64,000 bases of DNA from Candidatus Poribacteria bacterium (GTDB lineage: Bacteria; Poribacteria; WGA-4E; PCPOR2b). How positions within the stretch are numbered: position 1 is the first letter of the stretch; every line of letters starts with the position of its first letter. Location of the stretch: the NCBI GenBank assembly GCA_965116925.1, contig OZ220744.1:5728001-5792000 (forward strand), in the 5' to 3' direction. The notes beneath the pieces were generated by a model. That model was not told the origin of the DNA. It saw only the letters and a program-made list of their open reading frames with translations, and made no database searches. Below, piece by piece: positions 1 through 8,950 of the stretch. Position numbers and translations under genes: made by a program.

Positions 1-942
1 ACATTTTTCCCGTACCTCTAACCGCTCTAAATTTGCCAAGACCTCTGTGAGACTCCCCGCTTGGAACTCCGCCGGCAGCATCAGCGCGAGATGGGTCATC
101 CCCGCGGGATAGAGATAGGATTCAAAGGTCAAATCAATCCCCTCGCGGTCTACCTGCTCAAGCAACGCAGCGCTCTCATCATCTACCCGCTCGTGGGAGA
201 TGTGGACGGGAATACCCGACTGTTGGGCAAGTTCAAAGGTCTCTTCCCACGCTTTTTTGCGTCCGAGGATTCGGTAACGGATATGGGCGGCATAGATGGC
301 ACCATAAGAAGCTGCGAGCTTGCACAGAGTCACCAGTTCGCGGAGATCTGCATTGGCACTCGGTTGGTAGTCAAGCCCTAAGCAGAGGCAACCTGCGCCT
401 GCCTCCAACCATTCACGGGTTGTCTCGACCATGGTCTGCAACTCTTCGTCGGTGGCGGGTCGGGGATCCCACCCCATCGCTCCCAAACGCACCGCGCAGT
501 GCGGTACTTGCGGGTAAACGTTGGCGGGAGTATTGCCGGGAAAGATGCTTAGATAATCTTCGACGCTATGCCAATCAAGGTTGAGTTCCGCATCCCCAAT
601 CGCAAACTGTGTATAGCGCCACATCTCCTGTGCTATCTCAGGTGGAAGCGGTGCCCACCCAAAACCGTCCGGTGCGGTCAGTTGGGTGGTTACGCCCTGA
701 CGAACAGCTCCTAGTTGATCTCGACCACCCAACAGCGAAATTTCGGAATGGACATGGACATCAATGAAACCGGGACTTATGACCTGTCCCGTCGCATTGA
801 TGCGCTGGTTTACCTGTGTGGAATCCAATTTTCCGATGGCAGCGATCCGGTCATCAATTACACCGACATCGGCGGGGAAAGGCTCGCGCTCGCCTGTGCC
901 ATCAACAACCTTTCCACCATGAATAATATAGTCAAACTGCAT
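1..942 (-). CDS. N-acyl-D-amino-acid deacylase-type amidohydrolase (5' part; runs off window start)
   Basis: Not in ORF track. Manual minus-strand translation from ATG 942 gives MQFDYIIHGGKVVDGTG...ADVGVIDDRIAAIG...ISPGFIDVHVHSE...RQGVTT, open to position 1. GGAG RBS upstream. Confidence 0.85.
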   Translation of the reverse strand, partial: MQFDYIIHGGKVVDGTGEREPFPADVGVIDDRIAAIGKLDSTQVNQRINATGQVISPGFIDVHVHSEISLLGGRDQLGAVRQGVTTQLTAPDGFGWAPLPPEIAQEMWRYTQFAIGDAELNLDWHSVEDYLSIFPGNTPANVYPQVPHCAVRLGAMGWDPRPATDEELQTMVETTREWLEAGAGCLCLGLDYQPSANADLRELVTLCKLAASYGAIYAAHIRYRILGRKKAWEETFELAQQSGIPVHISHERVDDESAALLEQVDREGIDLTFESYLYPAGMTHLALMLPAEFQAGSLTEVLANLERLEVREKC

Positions 943-1017
943 CAAGTATTCTCCATTACTGTGTGAGGGAGATTATTTTACTGGTTGTTCGTAACTTCTG
1001 TGAAATCAGATTTTCGG

Positions 1018-1047
1018 TTGACAGAGCAAAGAGGAATCAAGTATGAT
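1018..1047 (+). promoter_or_regulatory. sigma70-like promoter
   Basis: TTGACA-18nt-TATGAT upstream of the lipoprotein gene. Confidence 0.55.
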
Positions 1048-1058
1048 TTAGTCAGATT

Positions 1059-1166
1059 TATAGTAGATTTTAGAATTAATGAGACACTCCAAATCGGCGC
1101 AGTTGAAAACAGCGCCTACCAAACATGGGGAGTGAAAGTGTGTATTTATTTTTTGAATTCACTATA
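1059..1166. mobile_element. MITE family A copy 1 (TATAGT...ACTATA ends, internal REP hairpin)
   Basis: Ends TATAGTAGATTTTAGAATTAAT / ATTTTTTGAATTCACTATA; closely similar copies at 23667 and 53106. Confidence 0.8.
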
Positions 1167-1174
1167 AACATAAA

Positions 1175-1306
1175 GGCTCATGTAAAAAGAAAGTGCAAAA
1201 CACGAAGCGAAGTCGTAGGGGCGGGGTCTCCCCACTCGCCGTAAGGGTTGGGTGACCCAACCCCTACGAATATTCGGTTTCTTTGCACTAAATCTTAACA
1301 TGAGCG
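1175..1306. mobile_element. MITE family B copy 1 (GGCTCATGT ends, 8-bp TSD)
   Basis: GGCTCATGT...ACATGAGCG flanked by direct repeat AACATAAA (1167-1174, 1307-1314); internal REP doublet GTAGGGGC...CCCCTAC. Confidence 0.85.
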
Positions 1307-1366
1307 AACATAAATACAAGACTGCTTTGAACCCCGATCGTAGTATCGGGGAGGAGAAATGCACGA

Positions 1367-1834
1367 ATGCACAATAAATTCTATCTTTTTGGTTTCCTTA
1401 TAAAACTCTTTCTGATTGGCATCATTTTTGGTGGATGTGATGATGCAGGCTCAGGTGGAAGTGGATCGATAAGTCCACTCAGGGATGAGCCTCTGATTTT
1501 GGACTCTGTCCTCGCAATTAATGTCAGCGATGACCGTCCGGATGGAATCGCTGACACCTTTTTTGACACGAGCGATCGGATTTACTTATGGATCTTTTGG
1601 GTGAACGTCAAAGGACGGCATACGGTTGAAGTCAACTGGTTTTCGCCGCTGGACGACATAGACGCCCCGCCCTTCCGAGAGGACCAAGAGACGTTTACCT
1701 CCTCAACAGGCGATCAGATCACTTGGTTCTATATAGACGCTCCTTCGAGTGGCTTTCCTGATGGCGAATGGTTTGTCGAAATCTTTCTAGACGGATTATT
1801 TGAACGAAGCCATGTGTTTGATGTCAGACGCTGA
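1367..1834 (+). CDS. putative lipoprotein with Ig-like beta-sandwich
   Basis: Hydrophobic signal ending FGGC, Gly/Ser linker, GEWFVEIFLDG strand pattern; GGAGGAG RBS. Confidence 0.7.
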   Translation: MHNKFYLFGFLIKLFLIGIIFGGCDDAGSGGSGSISPLRDEPLILDSVLAINVSDDRPDGIADTFFDTSDRIYLWIFWVNVKGRHTVEVNWFSPLDDIDAPPFREDQETFTSSTGDQITWFYIDAPSSGFPDGEWFVEIFLDGLFERSHVFDVRR

Positions 1835-2093
1835 TCCAGCACCCCTTAGGACTTACGCGCTTCAGTTTTAAGAGTAGGGACGGACGCAGATCTCGCAGAT
1901 ACAGGTTGCATGAGCGAGATTAAAAAGGTTACGTTTTCCATGGGAAAATCAAATTTTCCCATTTTTCCCGCGCAAATGGGTAAATTGCCCCTATTTCAGC
2001 ATGAAACGTTTCGTCATGCCCGCCAATCGTATTACAAACAGTTACAAACAATTACATCATCATCTTATTGTTGATTGCAAATTGGGATTATAA

Positions 2094-2459
2094 TAGGACT
2101 TACGCAGTTGAACGGTAAAATCCAACTCCTTCCGCCACGTGGAACCTACACCTCCGTTTCAATGGCCTACCGACACAATTCGGCAATTTGGCAGGGCACT
2201 GGCAGGTCCAAAAAAAATTTCAGCCTCGTATCAGGGAGTCATCATTAGCCGATATCTGTCTGAACCCTGATGGGGCCTAGCTTCAGAGCATTTGTAGATT
2301 TTTACCACATAAGAGAAGGTGCGCCCAAACGGCTTTTTGACCTGCCAAATACGCACTGTTTATGAACCGTTTTTGACTGAAATGGCACCAAAACCTTGCC
2401 AAATGACAGGGATTTGGCAGGTCCCTGACAGGTCAAAACTCTGAAATGCGTAAGTCCTG
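2094..2459. mobile_element. MITE / IS remnant with AGGACTTACGCA terminal inverted repeats
   Basis: TAGGACTTACGCA at 2094 and TGCGTAAGTCCTG ending 2459; extra solo left end at 1847; no transposase ORF. Confidence 0.65.
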
Positions 2460-2479
2460 ACATTGTAGATCCTTGCCAC

Positions 2480-2728
2480 TTACGAAAATAAAATGAGATC
2501 TCCGATATCCTGTTCTTTCGCAGATTCGCAAAGTTCAAGTAGCTTTTCCTCGTCCTCAGTTAAGGAATCTTCACCTTCTAAGCAGTCAATGATAGTTTCT
2601 ACGTTAACAATAACATTACCACCACAACCCAATAGATTAGCAACAGCCCATATTTCTTCACCAACGTCAACATAGCCGATAGGATTTATTGTTGCGGGAT
2701 AATCGCCTATCCTCTGTTCTTCAGCCAT
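2480..2728 (-). CDS. small acidic hypothetical protein (82 aa)
   Basis: ATG 2728 with AAGGGA RBS, downstream of purC. Confidence 0.55.
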   Translation of the reverse strand: MAEEQRIGDYPATINPIGYVDVGEEIWAVANLLGCGGNVIVNVETIIDCLEGEDSLTEDEEKLLELCESAKEQDIGDLILFS

Positions 2729-2783
2729 TGTTGATCCCTTTCTAATCCTTGAGCTCATCAAGAATAGCCGCTCCTGTTTTTCC

Positions 2784-3680
2784 CTATAACAGTTCCCGAC
2801 CAACAATCAGGCGATATGCCTCCAGATATTTTTCGCTGGTTTGACTGATGACCTCCGCCGGCAATTCAGGTGCCGGGGGTTCTTTATTCCAGCCAACATC
2901 ACTCAGATAATCGCGGACGTACTGTTTGTCAAAGCTGGGTGGGGAGCTACCGGGCTTATATTCGTCCTTGGGCCAGAAGCGAGATGAATCGGGAGTGAAG
3001 ACCTCGTCAATGAGAATCAGTTGACCATCAATCTGCCCAAACTCAAACTTGGTGTCGCAGAGGATGATTCCAGACTTTTCGGCATGTTCGCTCGCGGCTT
3101 CAAACAGCGCGAAACTGGTCTGGATAATCTTTTCTGACAACTCCTTTCCAATCTCCGCCTCCATCTCTGCAATTGAGATGTTCTCGTCGTGTTCCCCTTG
3201 CTCCGCCTTCGTAGAAGGAGTGAAGATGGGTTCTGGCAACCGCTCTGATTCGGTTAGTCCTGCCGGCAGCTTTTCGCCGCATACCGTTCCATCCTGCTTA
3301 TACTCCGACCACGCGGAGCCCGCGATGTACCCTCGCACGACGCATTCGATATCGATTCGATTGGCTTTCCGCACAAGCATTGACCGTCCTTTAAGCACTT
3401 CCGCGTCGGCTTGCAGCACGTCAGGATACTGTGAAACATCGGTGGTGATGATGTGATTATCGACGATCGATCTTGTGTAATCGAACCAGAACTCGGAGAG
3501 GCCGGTCAGGATCTGTCCTTTGTACGGAATCCCATTCGGCAGCACAACATCAAATGCTGAGATCCGATCCGTTGAGATGATTAATAGTTGCTCGCCAAGG
3601 TCATAGAGGTCTCGGACTTTACCTCTGTTAGCGAGATCAAGGTTCGTTAGATTGGTTTCTGTGATAACGTTTTGTGACAT
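2784..3680 (-). CDS. purC: phosphoribosylaminoimidazole-succinocarboxamide (SAICAR) synthase
   Basis: RGKVRDLY, TDRISAFD, ECVVRGY, DTKFEFG, DEVFTPDSSRFW, SFDKQYVRD motifs. Confidence 0.97.
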   Translation of the reverse strand: MSQNVITETNLTNLDLANRGKVRDLYDLGEQLLIISTDRISAFDVVLPNGIPYKGQILTGLSEFWFDYTRSIVDNHIITTDVSQYPDVLQADAEVLKGRSMLVRKANRIDIECVVRGYIAGSAWSEYKQDGTVCGEKLPAGLTESERLPEPIFTPSTKAEQGEHDENISIAEMEAEIGKELSEKIIQTSFALFEAASEHAEKSGIILCDTKFEFGQIDGQLILIDEVFTPDSSRFWPKDEYKPGSSPPSFDKQYVRDYLSDVGWNKEPPAPELPAEVISQTSEKYLEAYRLIVGRELL

Positions 3681-3808
3681 TACTAACTCCATCAGATATA
3701 GAATTTTGGTACTACGGTAAAATTATGGTAATATCGTCTAAGTTACGCTACACCATTCGCTATATGGCGCAAAAGGCGTAGCTTCAGCATTTTGTGAGGC
3801 TATTTCCC

Positions 3809-3997
3809 TTAATCCTTCTTTGCAGCCTGCTTAGGATTTTGTTCGGTTTCAGAGGTTCCCCCACTAGGTTTTTGGACAGGCTGCGGGGCTGGTTCTTTCT
3901 TAGGAGGTGGATCTGGCCATGGTTTCAAAGGTTTCACCTCTATGAGAGCATCTCTATTTAAGCCTTTACCTTTGGGGTCTCTCTTACTCTTAGACAT
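3809..3997 (-). CDS. small basic Pro-rich hypothetical protein
   Basis: 62 aa ORF, strong AGGAGGTG RBS, PWPDPPP motif. Confidence 0.5.
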   Translation of the reverse strand: MSKSKRDPKGKGLNRDALIEVKPLKPWPDPPPKKEPAPQPVQKPSGGTSETEQNPKQAAKKD

Positions 3998-4024
3998 TAT
4001 TATTCACCTCCTTCTCAAGGAGAC

Positions 4025-4522
4025 TCAATTCGTTAAACCTCTTGATTCTAAAACCTCATTATGGCACTGCTCGTTTAATTTTACATCCTCTGGAAGTCCT
4101 GTATCATCTAATCCGGCTACTTCGCCTCTGATACGCCTATACTCTCCTTCAACCCTATTTATGGGGCTGTCACCTTGCAACTCAAGCCACAAATTTTCAT
4201 ATTCATATTCGATTCGCGACCACTTTCCTGCTAAATCTGACATCCTGCTTATTGTTTTTGACCAATCTAATATCGGAAGGGCGATTGCAGTAACAGCTGA
4301 AATGGCAGAGAGGCCTTTCCATAAAATATCAATCTCATCCCATATACCCCAACTCGCCACTGTAGATGAGGACATAGTCGCTAGGAATATCTTTGTATAT
4401 TTGTCCCATTTAGAATAACGCCGGATTAGATGATTCCAGTAACGCTTATTGAAATCGGCACCCAACAGTCTATCCCAAACTGCTTTTCTGATGTATTCGT
4501 CTCTTGCCTCCGGTGTCCGCAT
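4025..4522 (-). CDS. two-TM membrane protein, SLATT-like
   Basis: Amphipathic N-helix, two hydrophobic segments, C-terminal helix (AGKWSRIEYEYENLW); AT-richer than neighbours. Confidence 0.55.
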   Translation of the reverse strand: MRTPEARDEYIRKAVWDRLLGADFNKRYWNHLIRRYSKWDKYTKIFLATMSSSTVASWGIWDEIDILWKGLSAISAVTAIALPILDWSKTISRMSDLAGKWSRIEYEYENLWLELQGDSPINRVEGEYRRIRGEVAGLDDTGLPEDVKLNEQCHNEVLESRGLTN

Positions 4523-4573
4523 CTTTCTATATTTCCTATCAACCTCTAAAATTGAGCAGAACCATTAACTGAT

Positions 4574-5503
4574 TCAACCCTTAAAAACAGATAGGCAATA
4601 TCTCCAGTATTCGACTGCGTATCTTTTAACTTCCTCCGGCTGACCTACCACTTCCATATAGCCTCGAATCCAGTTAAGCAATAGGTCTTGAGATGCCTTT
4701 TTGACGGTGCAGCTTTCTATATCATAAGCGATATTGCGAAAATTGTCCAGATCTTCTTCATCGAGATGGAAATCAACCTCGCGATATAGAACTAAATTTA
4801 CCATCAATGCAATCGTGATTTGGCGGGCGGTATCGCAATTGGTGTCCAGCGGATAGTCAACGACGAAAATTTTCTCTTGTGGTAATGCTTGGAGGTAGTT
4901 GAATCGGAGGTTGATATAGTCTAGCTGTTGATTGGCAACGTTGATGTCGGCGAGATTCATTAAGGACCGGGGATTAGCAGATAGTTGATTCAGTGAAATT
5001 TGTGCAGCATTAATTGCGAGTTTCTTCCCGATAATTGATTCCAGAAAATCGCTTTCCCATTCATTATAAGCGGGGATCTTCTCTTGCTCAATAGTTTGGA
5101 TCGCCGGTGCGATGAGGATCGTCTTTTCGAGTGTATTTCGGGAACGTTCCACCAACGTATCAACGAGCGTATTGCCGATCTGGAAGAACTTAACCAACCG
5201 ATTGCTATTCAGCAGGCGAACCGATTTGTCGAGTGCGCCTTCGCAACCGTATTCCAGTCCCAAACTTGTCAAGGTAAAGGCTTCTTGGATCTGCCCTCGA
5301 ATCTCCGAGCGCGAGGAGAGATCTTCCACTTTAATTGCAATTAACTTTTGAGCAAGGGAGGCAATATCGTGGTGAATCTTGTCCAGATGTGTAGGTGAAA
5401 TCCGCCCCGTATTTTGTCCATGTTCGAGTGTTTGGGCGAGAAACAGTCGGCTATCGTAATGGGTCAGGGCGTCAGCTTCAAGCATCTTCTGATTCCTCGT
5501 CAA
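4574..5503 (-). CDS. hypothetical protein resembling C-terminal part of DUF6178 family
   Basis: SLGLEY...LVKFFQIG motif; overlaps upstream gene; family assignment from memory. Confidence 0.5.
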   Translation of the reverse strand: MTRNQKMLEADALTHYDSRLFLAQTLEHGQNTGRISPTHLDKIHHDIASLAQKLIAIKVEDLSSRSEIRGQIQEAFTLTSLGLEYGCEGALDKSVRLLNSNRLVKFFQIGNTLVDTLVERSRNTLEKTILIAPAIQTIEQEKIPAYNEWESDFLESIIGKKLAINAAQISLNQLSANPRSLMNLADINVANQQLDYINLRFNYLQALPQEKIFVVDYPLDTNCDTARQITIALMVNLVLYREVDFHLDEEDLDNFRNIAYDIESCTVKKASQDLLLNWIRGYMEVVGQPEEVKRYAVEYWRYCLSVFKG

Positions 5504-6302
5504 CTTTAGCCCCCTGCTTGTCCTCTAAATCTAGTTGATCGAGATCTACTTTTTCGAGTATCTCTGCTTCGATGATGTCAATGCCAGCTGCTTTATCGCG
5601 TTCTCTGACTCGTTCTTCCTGTTCCTCTCTCGCACGGTCAAGCGACCCCCACAGTTCCTCTCCTAACTCATCTTCCCGATCTAGCCCAAAGAGTTCATAC
5701 AGTACACGAACAAATAGGTCGGCATCCGCTTCCCAGATTGCGTCCATGATTGCCTTCGCCCGTTCATCTGCGTAGTCAATGCCCGGCGTTGACGGATCGA
5801 CCAATCCCTCCTCAATAAACAGTGCTTTGAATTCCTCGTCCATCTCAACGCGCTCACGCAACAGGCCGCCGAGAATTCCGACATCAATTTGGGAGAGCAT
5901 CCCTCCAAGTTCATCCGTCTCGCACTCCGACAACTCAAAGAGCCATAAATCGAGCGTTTTTTCGTCGAGTGTGCCGTTGCGCCATAAGACGAAATCCATC
6001 ATTTCTTCAAACTGATCGGACGACAGACACGGCAGTAGGGCGGACGCTGTCCCTGTACCCAGCCTTGTGTCCAAGATTTGCAAAACATCTTCCATTGGAC
6101 TCATCTGGATTAACTCGGTGCAGTCTGGGACAAGATAATACAATTCCTCTCGCGCCTTAGCATCTCGTACGGAGGAGATGAGTTCCAGTTGCTGGTCTAT
6201 TGTGTAAGCTTGAAACAGCACTTCAGCCGCGGTCACCGGCATTTTTAGCAGTTTCTCAGCTTCGAGGTGTGGGTTGATGAGCTTTACATTATTCACACTC
6301 AT
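5478..6302 (-). CDS. acidic hypothetical protein resembling N-terminal part of DUF6178 family
   Basis: LSSDQFEEMMDFVLWRNGTLD...LWLFEL motif; family assignment from memory. Confidence 0.5.
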   Translation of the reverse strand: MSVNNVKLINPHLEAEKLLKMPVTAAEVLFQAYTIDQQLELISSVRDAKAREELYYLVPDCTELIQMSPMEDVLQILDTRLGTGTASALLPCLSSDQFEEMMDFVLWRNGTLDEKTLDLWLFELSECETDELGGMLSQIDVGILGGLLRERVEMDEEFKALFIEEGLVDPSTPGIDYADERAKAIMDAIWEADADLFVRVLYELFGLDREDELGEELWGSLDRAREEQEERVRERDKAAGIDIIEAEILEKVDLDQLDLEDKQGAKVDEESEDA

Positions 6303-6325
6303 ATCTCACTCATTAGTTGGAAATC

Positions 6326-7090
6326 TTAGTAGTTTTCTCGGACAAAGTTCAGGTTTTTTATCGCCGAAGCTATCGGATCGCCGTTTGCCGGTGTTTCGAG
6401 GACAAACCAGCCATTATAACCAATTGCATGAGTGGCTTCGATAACCGCAGGGAAGTCAACTCCACCCTCGCCGGCGTGGCTGCCCGATGTGTCTTTGATG
6501 TGCATCTGTGCGATGGCGTTTCCAAGCTGATGAATCTCTTTGGCAGCGTCATATCCGAGTCCTGTGGCATTGCCCATATCGTAATAGACGCCAACCGCCG
6601 GAGAGTCAACCTGATCGAGGATCTGTTGGTGCTCATCAGCAGTTAAGGTTGATTCCAAAGCGAGGCAAACGTTATGTTGTTCCGCCGTTGCTGCGGCAGC
6701 TTTTATCCCGTCAATGAAACGCGGCGACGTTATATGCTCCGTTTCAATCTTGCCATCGCCGAAGAACGGCACAAGAATGACCCTCGCCCCAAGTTCTGGG
6801 CAAACCGCCGAGAGGTGTTGCAACATTGTAATTCCCTCGGCTCGCGTTGCATCGTCTGGGTGGGCAAATGTATATGCGGTGAAACCGCCCGGCGAGAGTG
6901 CCGGTGTTTCAATGCCAGCCGCCTCGGATAATGCCTTGATGTTGTCTACACCGGACTCGCTCCAAAGTGGGTGCTCACGATAATTGGCACCGATACATAT
7001 TTCCACGCCGTCAAAGCCAATCTCTTTCGCTTTGCCGAATACCTCTTCAAAGGGCAAATCCAACATTCCGTCTCGGATGCCGACTTTCAT
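6326..7090 (-). CDS. sugar phosphate isomerase/epimerase (xylose isomerase-like TIM barrel)
   Basis: GFDGVEI, LALES, YYDMGN, MHIKD, GYNGWFVLE metal-binding motifs. Confidence 0.9.
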   Translation of the reverse strand: MKVGIRDGMLDLPFEEVFGKAKEIGFDGVEICIGANYREHPLWSESGVDNIKALSEAAGIETPALSPGGFTAYTFAHPDDATRAEGITMLQHLSAVCPELGARVILVPFFGDGKIETEHITSPRFIDGIKAAAATAEQHNVCLALESTLTADEHQQILDQVDSPAVGVYYDMGNATGLGYDAAKEIHQLGNAIAQMHIKDTSGSHAGEGGVDFPAVIEATHAIGYNGWFVLETPANGDPIASAIKNLNFVRENY

Positions 7091-7151
7091 ATTTTCCTCC
7101 TACAGGGACCAATTCATGATAGGAAGGGGCTACTTCTAAAAGAGTTGCGAT

Positions 7152-7181
7152 ATGATACCATCTTTGAATTATGAGTGTCAA
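7152..7181 (-). promoter_or_regulatory. sigma70-like promoter for the minus-strand run
   Basis: Minus strand TTGACA-18nt-TATCAT. Confidence 0.55.
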
Positions 7182-7232
7182 GAGCCGTATGTGAGAAACC
7201 GTCCCAAGGTTCGTTTGGCAGACGTTTTTCGA

Positions 7233-7261
7233 TTGCTCACTGCCTTCACCTATGCTATCAT
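7233..7261 (+). promoter_or_regulatory. sigma70-like promoter (extended -10)
   Basis: TTGCTC-17nt-TATCAT with TGn. Confidence 0.45.
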
Positions 7262-7267
7262 AATGAA

Positions 7268-7382
7268 GGCTCATGTAAAAACGGAGTGCAAGCGCGATGA
7301 AGGCATTGAGGGCGTGGCAAGATGCCCCGCCTACGGTTTTTGAGGTAAATCGGTGTTGTTGCACTAATTCTTAACATGAGCC
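7268..7382. mobile_element. MITE family B copy 2
   Basis: GGCTCATGT...ACATGAGCC with TSD ATAATGAA (7260-7267, 7383-7390); internal REP (minus strand GTAGGCGGGGCATCTTGCCACGCC). Confidence 0.88.
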
Positions 7383-7441
7383 ATAATGAAAAGGTGGACC
7401 GGTGAAGGGTATACGATGAATTGACGAGGAAATGCTTGCTT

Positions 7442-8950
7442 ATGAAACGGCAGATTTTTTTCAGCTGTTGCTTGCTTTTTATCTTAATTGGAGACACCGT
7501 AGGGCAGAGGGTGAAAATTGATCCGGCGGAGATTGAGAAAATGATGCAGTTGCCTCAAGATGATTGGTTAAACCTAACACTGATGGGCACGAAAATTGGG
7601 TATGCCCATATCTATATGGAGAAATCAATATATGAAGGTGAGGATGCCATTCGGCTGCGTGCCGATATGGTGATGGACCTCCAGCGCACTGGCACCGGAC
7701 TAAGACTCGCAACAACGCGAATCTCGTATGTCGGTATGGATCTTGTCCCCCGCTATGTTATTACTACCTCCAATGAGACAGGCCAAGAGAAGCGGGTTGA
7801 AGGGCGTATCAGAAACAGTGTCGCTTACCTAGAGACAAGTCTTGCAGGCAAAACGACTCACAGCGAGATACCTATTTCAGGCGACACGATTTTTGAAGGG
7901 GTGATTAGTTACTTCCTCCTACAACGCAGTATTCAGGTCGGTGATGTACATATCTTGAATGTCTTCAATCTAGACCTCATGCAGCCCGTGAAAACGGAGG
8001 TCAGCGTTCTTCGAGCAGACCGGATCGAATTTGACGGCAAGACGGAGCCGGTTTATGTTGTCAATTATATGATGGATATTATGGGCGGGTTCACGACAAC
8101 CCAGTGGTTAGGACATGACGGCACAACGTATCGGATGGAGATTGGGCTGATGGGACTAAACATGGTTCTGACGAAGACCGATATGCAAACGGCACTTGGT
8201 GAATCCGGAGAAGTTGATGTTATCCTAAATACAAAGATCTTCTCCCAAGGGAAACGCCCAACTCCCCATGCGCGTCGTTTCAAAGCGCATTTACGGTTGA
8301 CCGAGGGGCAATTGGACAAAGCAGTAACGATTGATAGCCGTCAGGAACTGAAGGTTGATAGTGACCCACGCCATGGAGTGATCGCAATCAACGTACCCCT
8401 GATGGATCAAGCGGAAACGCCGAACCTGCCGATACAGAACCAACACGACAATGAGGACCTCGCGCAATTCTTGAAATCAACGGTGTATATCCAAGCGGAA
8501 CACCCAGCGATTCGGTCAAAAGCCGTTGAGGTGCTTGATGGGGAGACGAATGCTTGGAAAGCTGCAGAGAAATTGTGCCGATGGGTGTATAAAAATATCC
8601 GTGACAAGAACCTGAAAATTGGGTTTGGCTCGGCATTACAAACGTTAGAATCGTTAGAAGGAGATTGTACAGAACATACAGTCCTAATGATTGCAATGGC
8701 GCGCTCCGTTGGTATCCCTGCGCGGGTGTGTGCGGGGCTGGTATTTCAACGTGACGCTTTCTACTACCACTTTTGGCCCGAAGTGTATGTGGGCAAGTGG
8801 GTAGCGATGGAACCAACGCTCGGTCAAATCCAAGCAGATGCAAATCATATTCAACTCGCCGGCAGCGAGTTGGAATCCGACTCTATGCTGGAGTTCGGCG
8901 AAGGGGTGATGCGGACTCTAAATCAGCTTGAGATCGAGGTGCTTGAGTGA
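7442..8950 (+). CDS. secreted transglutaminase-like cysteine enzyme
   Basis: Signal peptide; GDCTEH, GIPAR, YYHFWPEVY, MEPT catalytic-core motifs. Confidence 0.88.
   Translation: MKRQIFFSCCLLFILIGDTVGQRVKIDPAEIEKMMQLPQDDWLNLTLMGTKIGYAHIYMEKSIYEGEDAIRLRADMVMDLQRTGTGLRLATTRISYVGMDLVPRYVITTSNETGQEKRVEGRIRNSVAYLETSLAGKTTHSEIPISGDTIFEGVISYFLLQRSIQVGDVHILNVFNLDLMQPVKTEVSVLRADRIEFDGKTEPVYVVNYMMDIMGGFTTTQWLGHDGTTYRMEIGLMGLNMVLTKTDMQTALGESGEVDVILNTKIFSQGKRPTPHARRFKAHLRLTEGQLDKAVTIDSRQELKVDSDPRHGVIAINVPLMDQAETPNLPIQNQHDNEDLAQFLKSTVYIQAEHPAIRSKAVEVLDGETNAWKAAEKLCRWVYKNIRDKNLKIGFGSALQTLESLEGDCTEHTVLMIAMARSVGIPARVCAGLVFQRDAFYYHFWPEVYVGKWVAMEPTLGQIQADANHIQLAGSELESDSMLEFGEGVMRTLNQLEIEVLE

Noticed and set aside
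61..966. Plus-strand ORFs 61-381 and 715-966
   Set aside because: Antisense shadows of the minus-strand amidohydrolase.
1059..1306. Possible CRISPR array from recurring palindromes
   Set aside because: Repeats are dispersed, bounded by TIRs/TSDs, with no regular repeat-spacer period and no cas genes.
2383..2400. sigma-54 promoter TGGCAC...TTGC
   Set aside because: GG-to-GC spacing is 12 rather than the required 10, and it lies inside a MITE.
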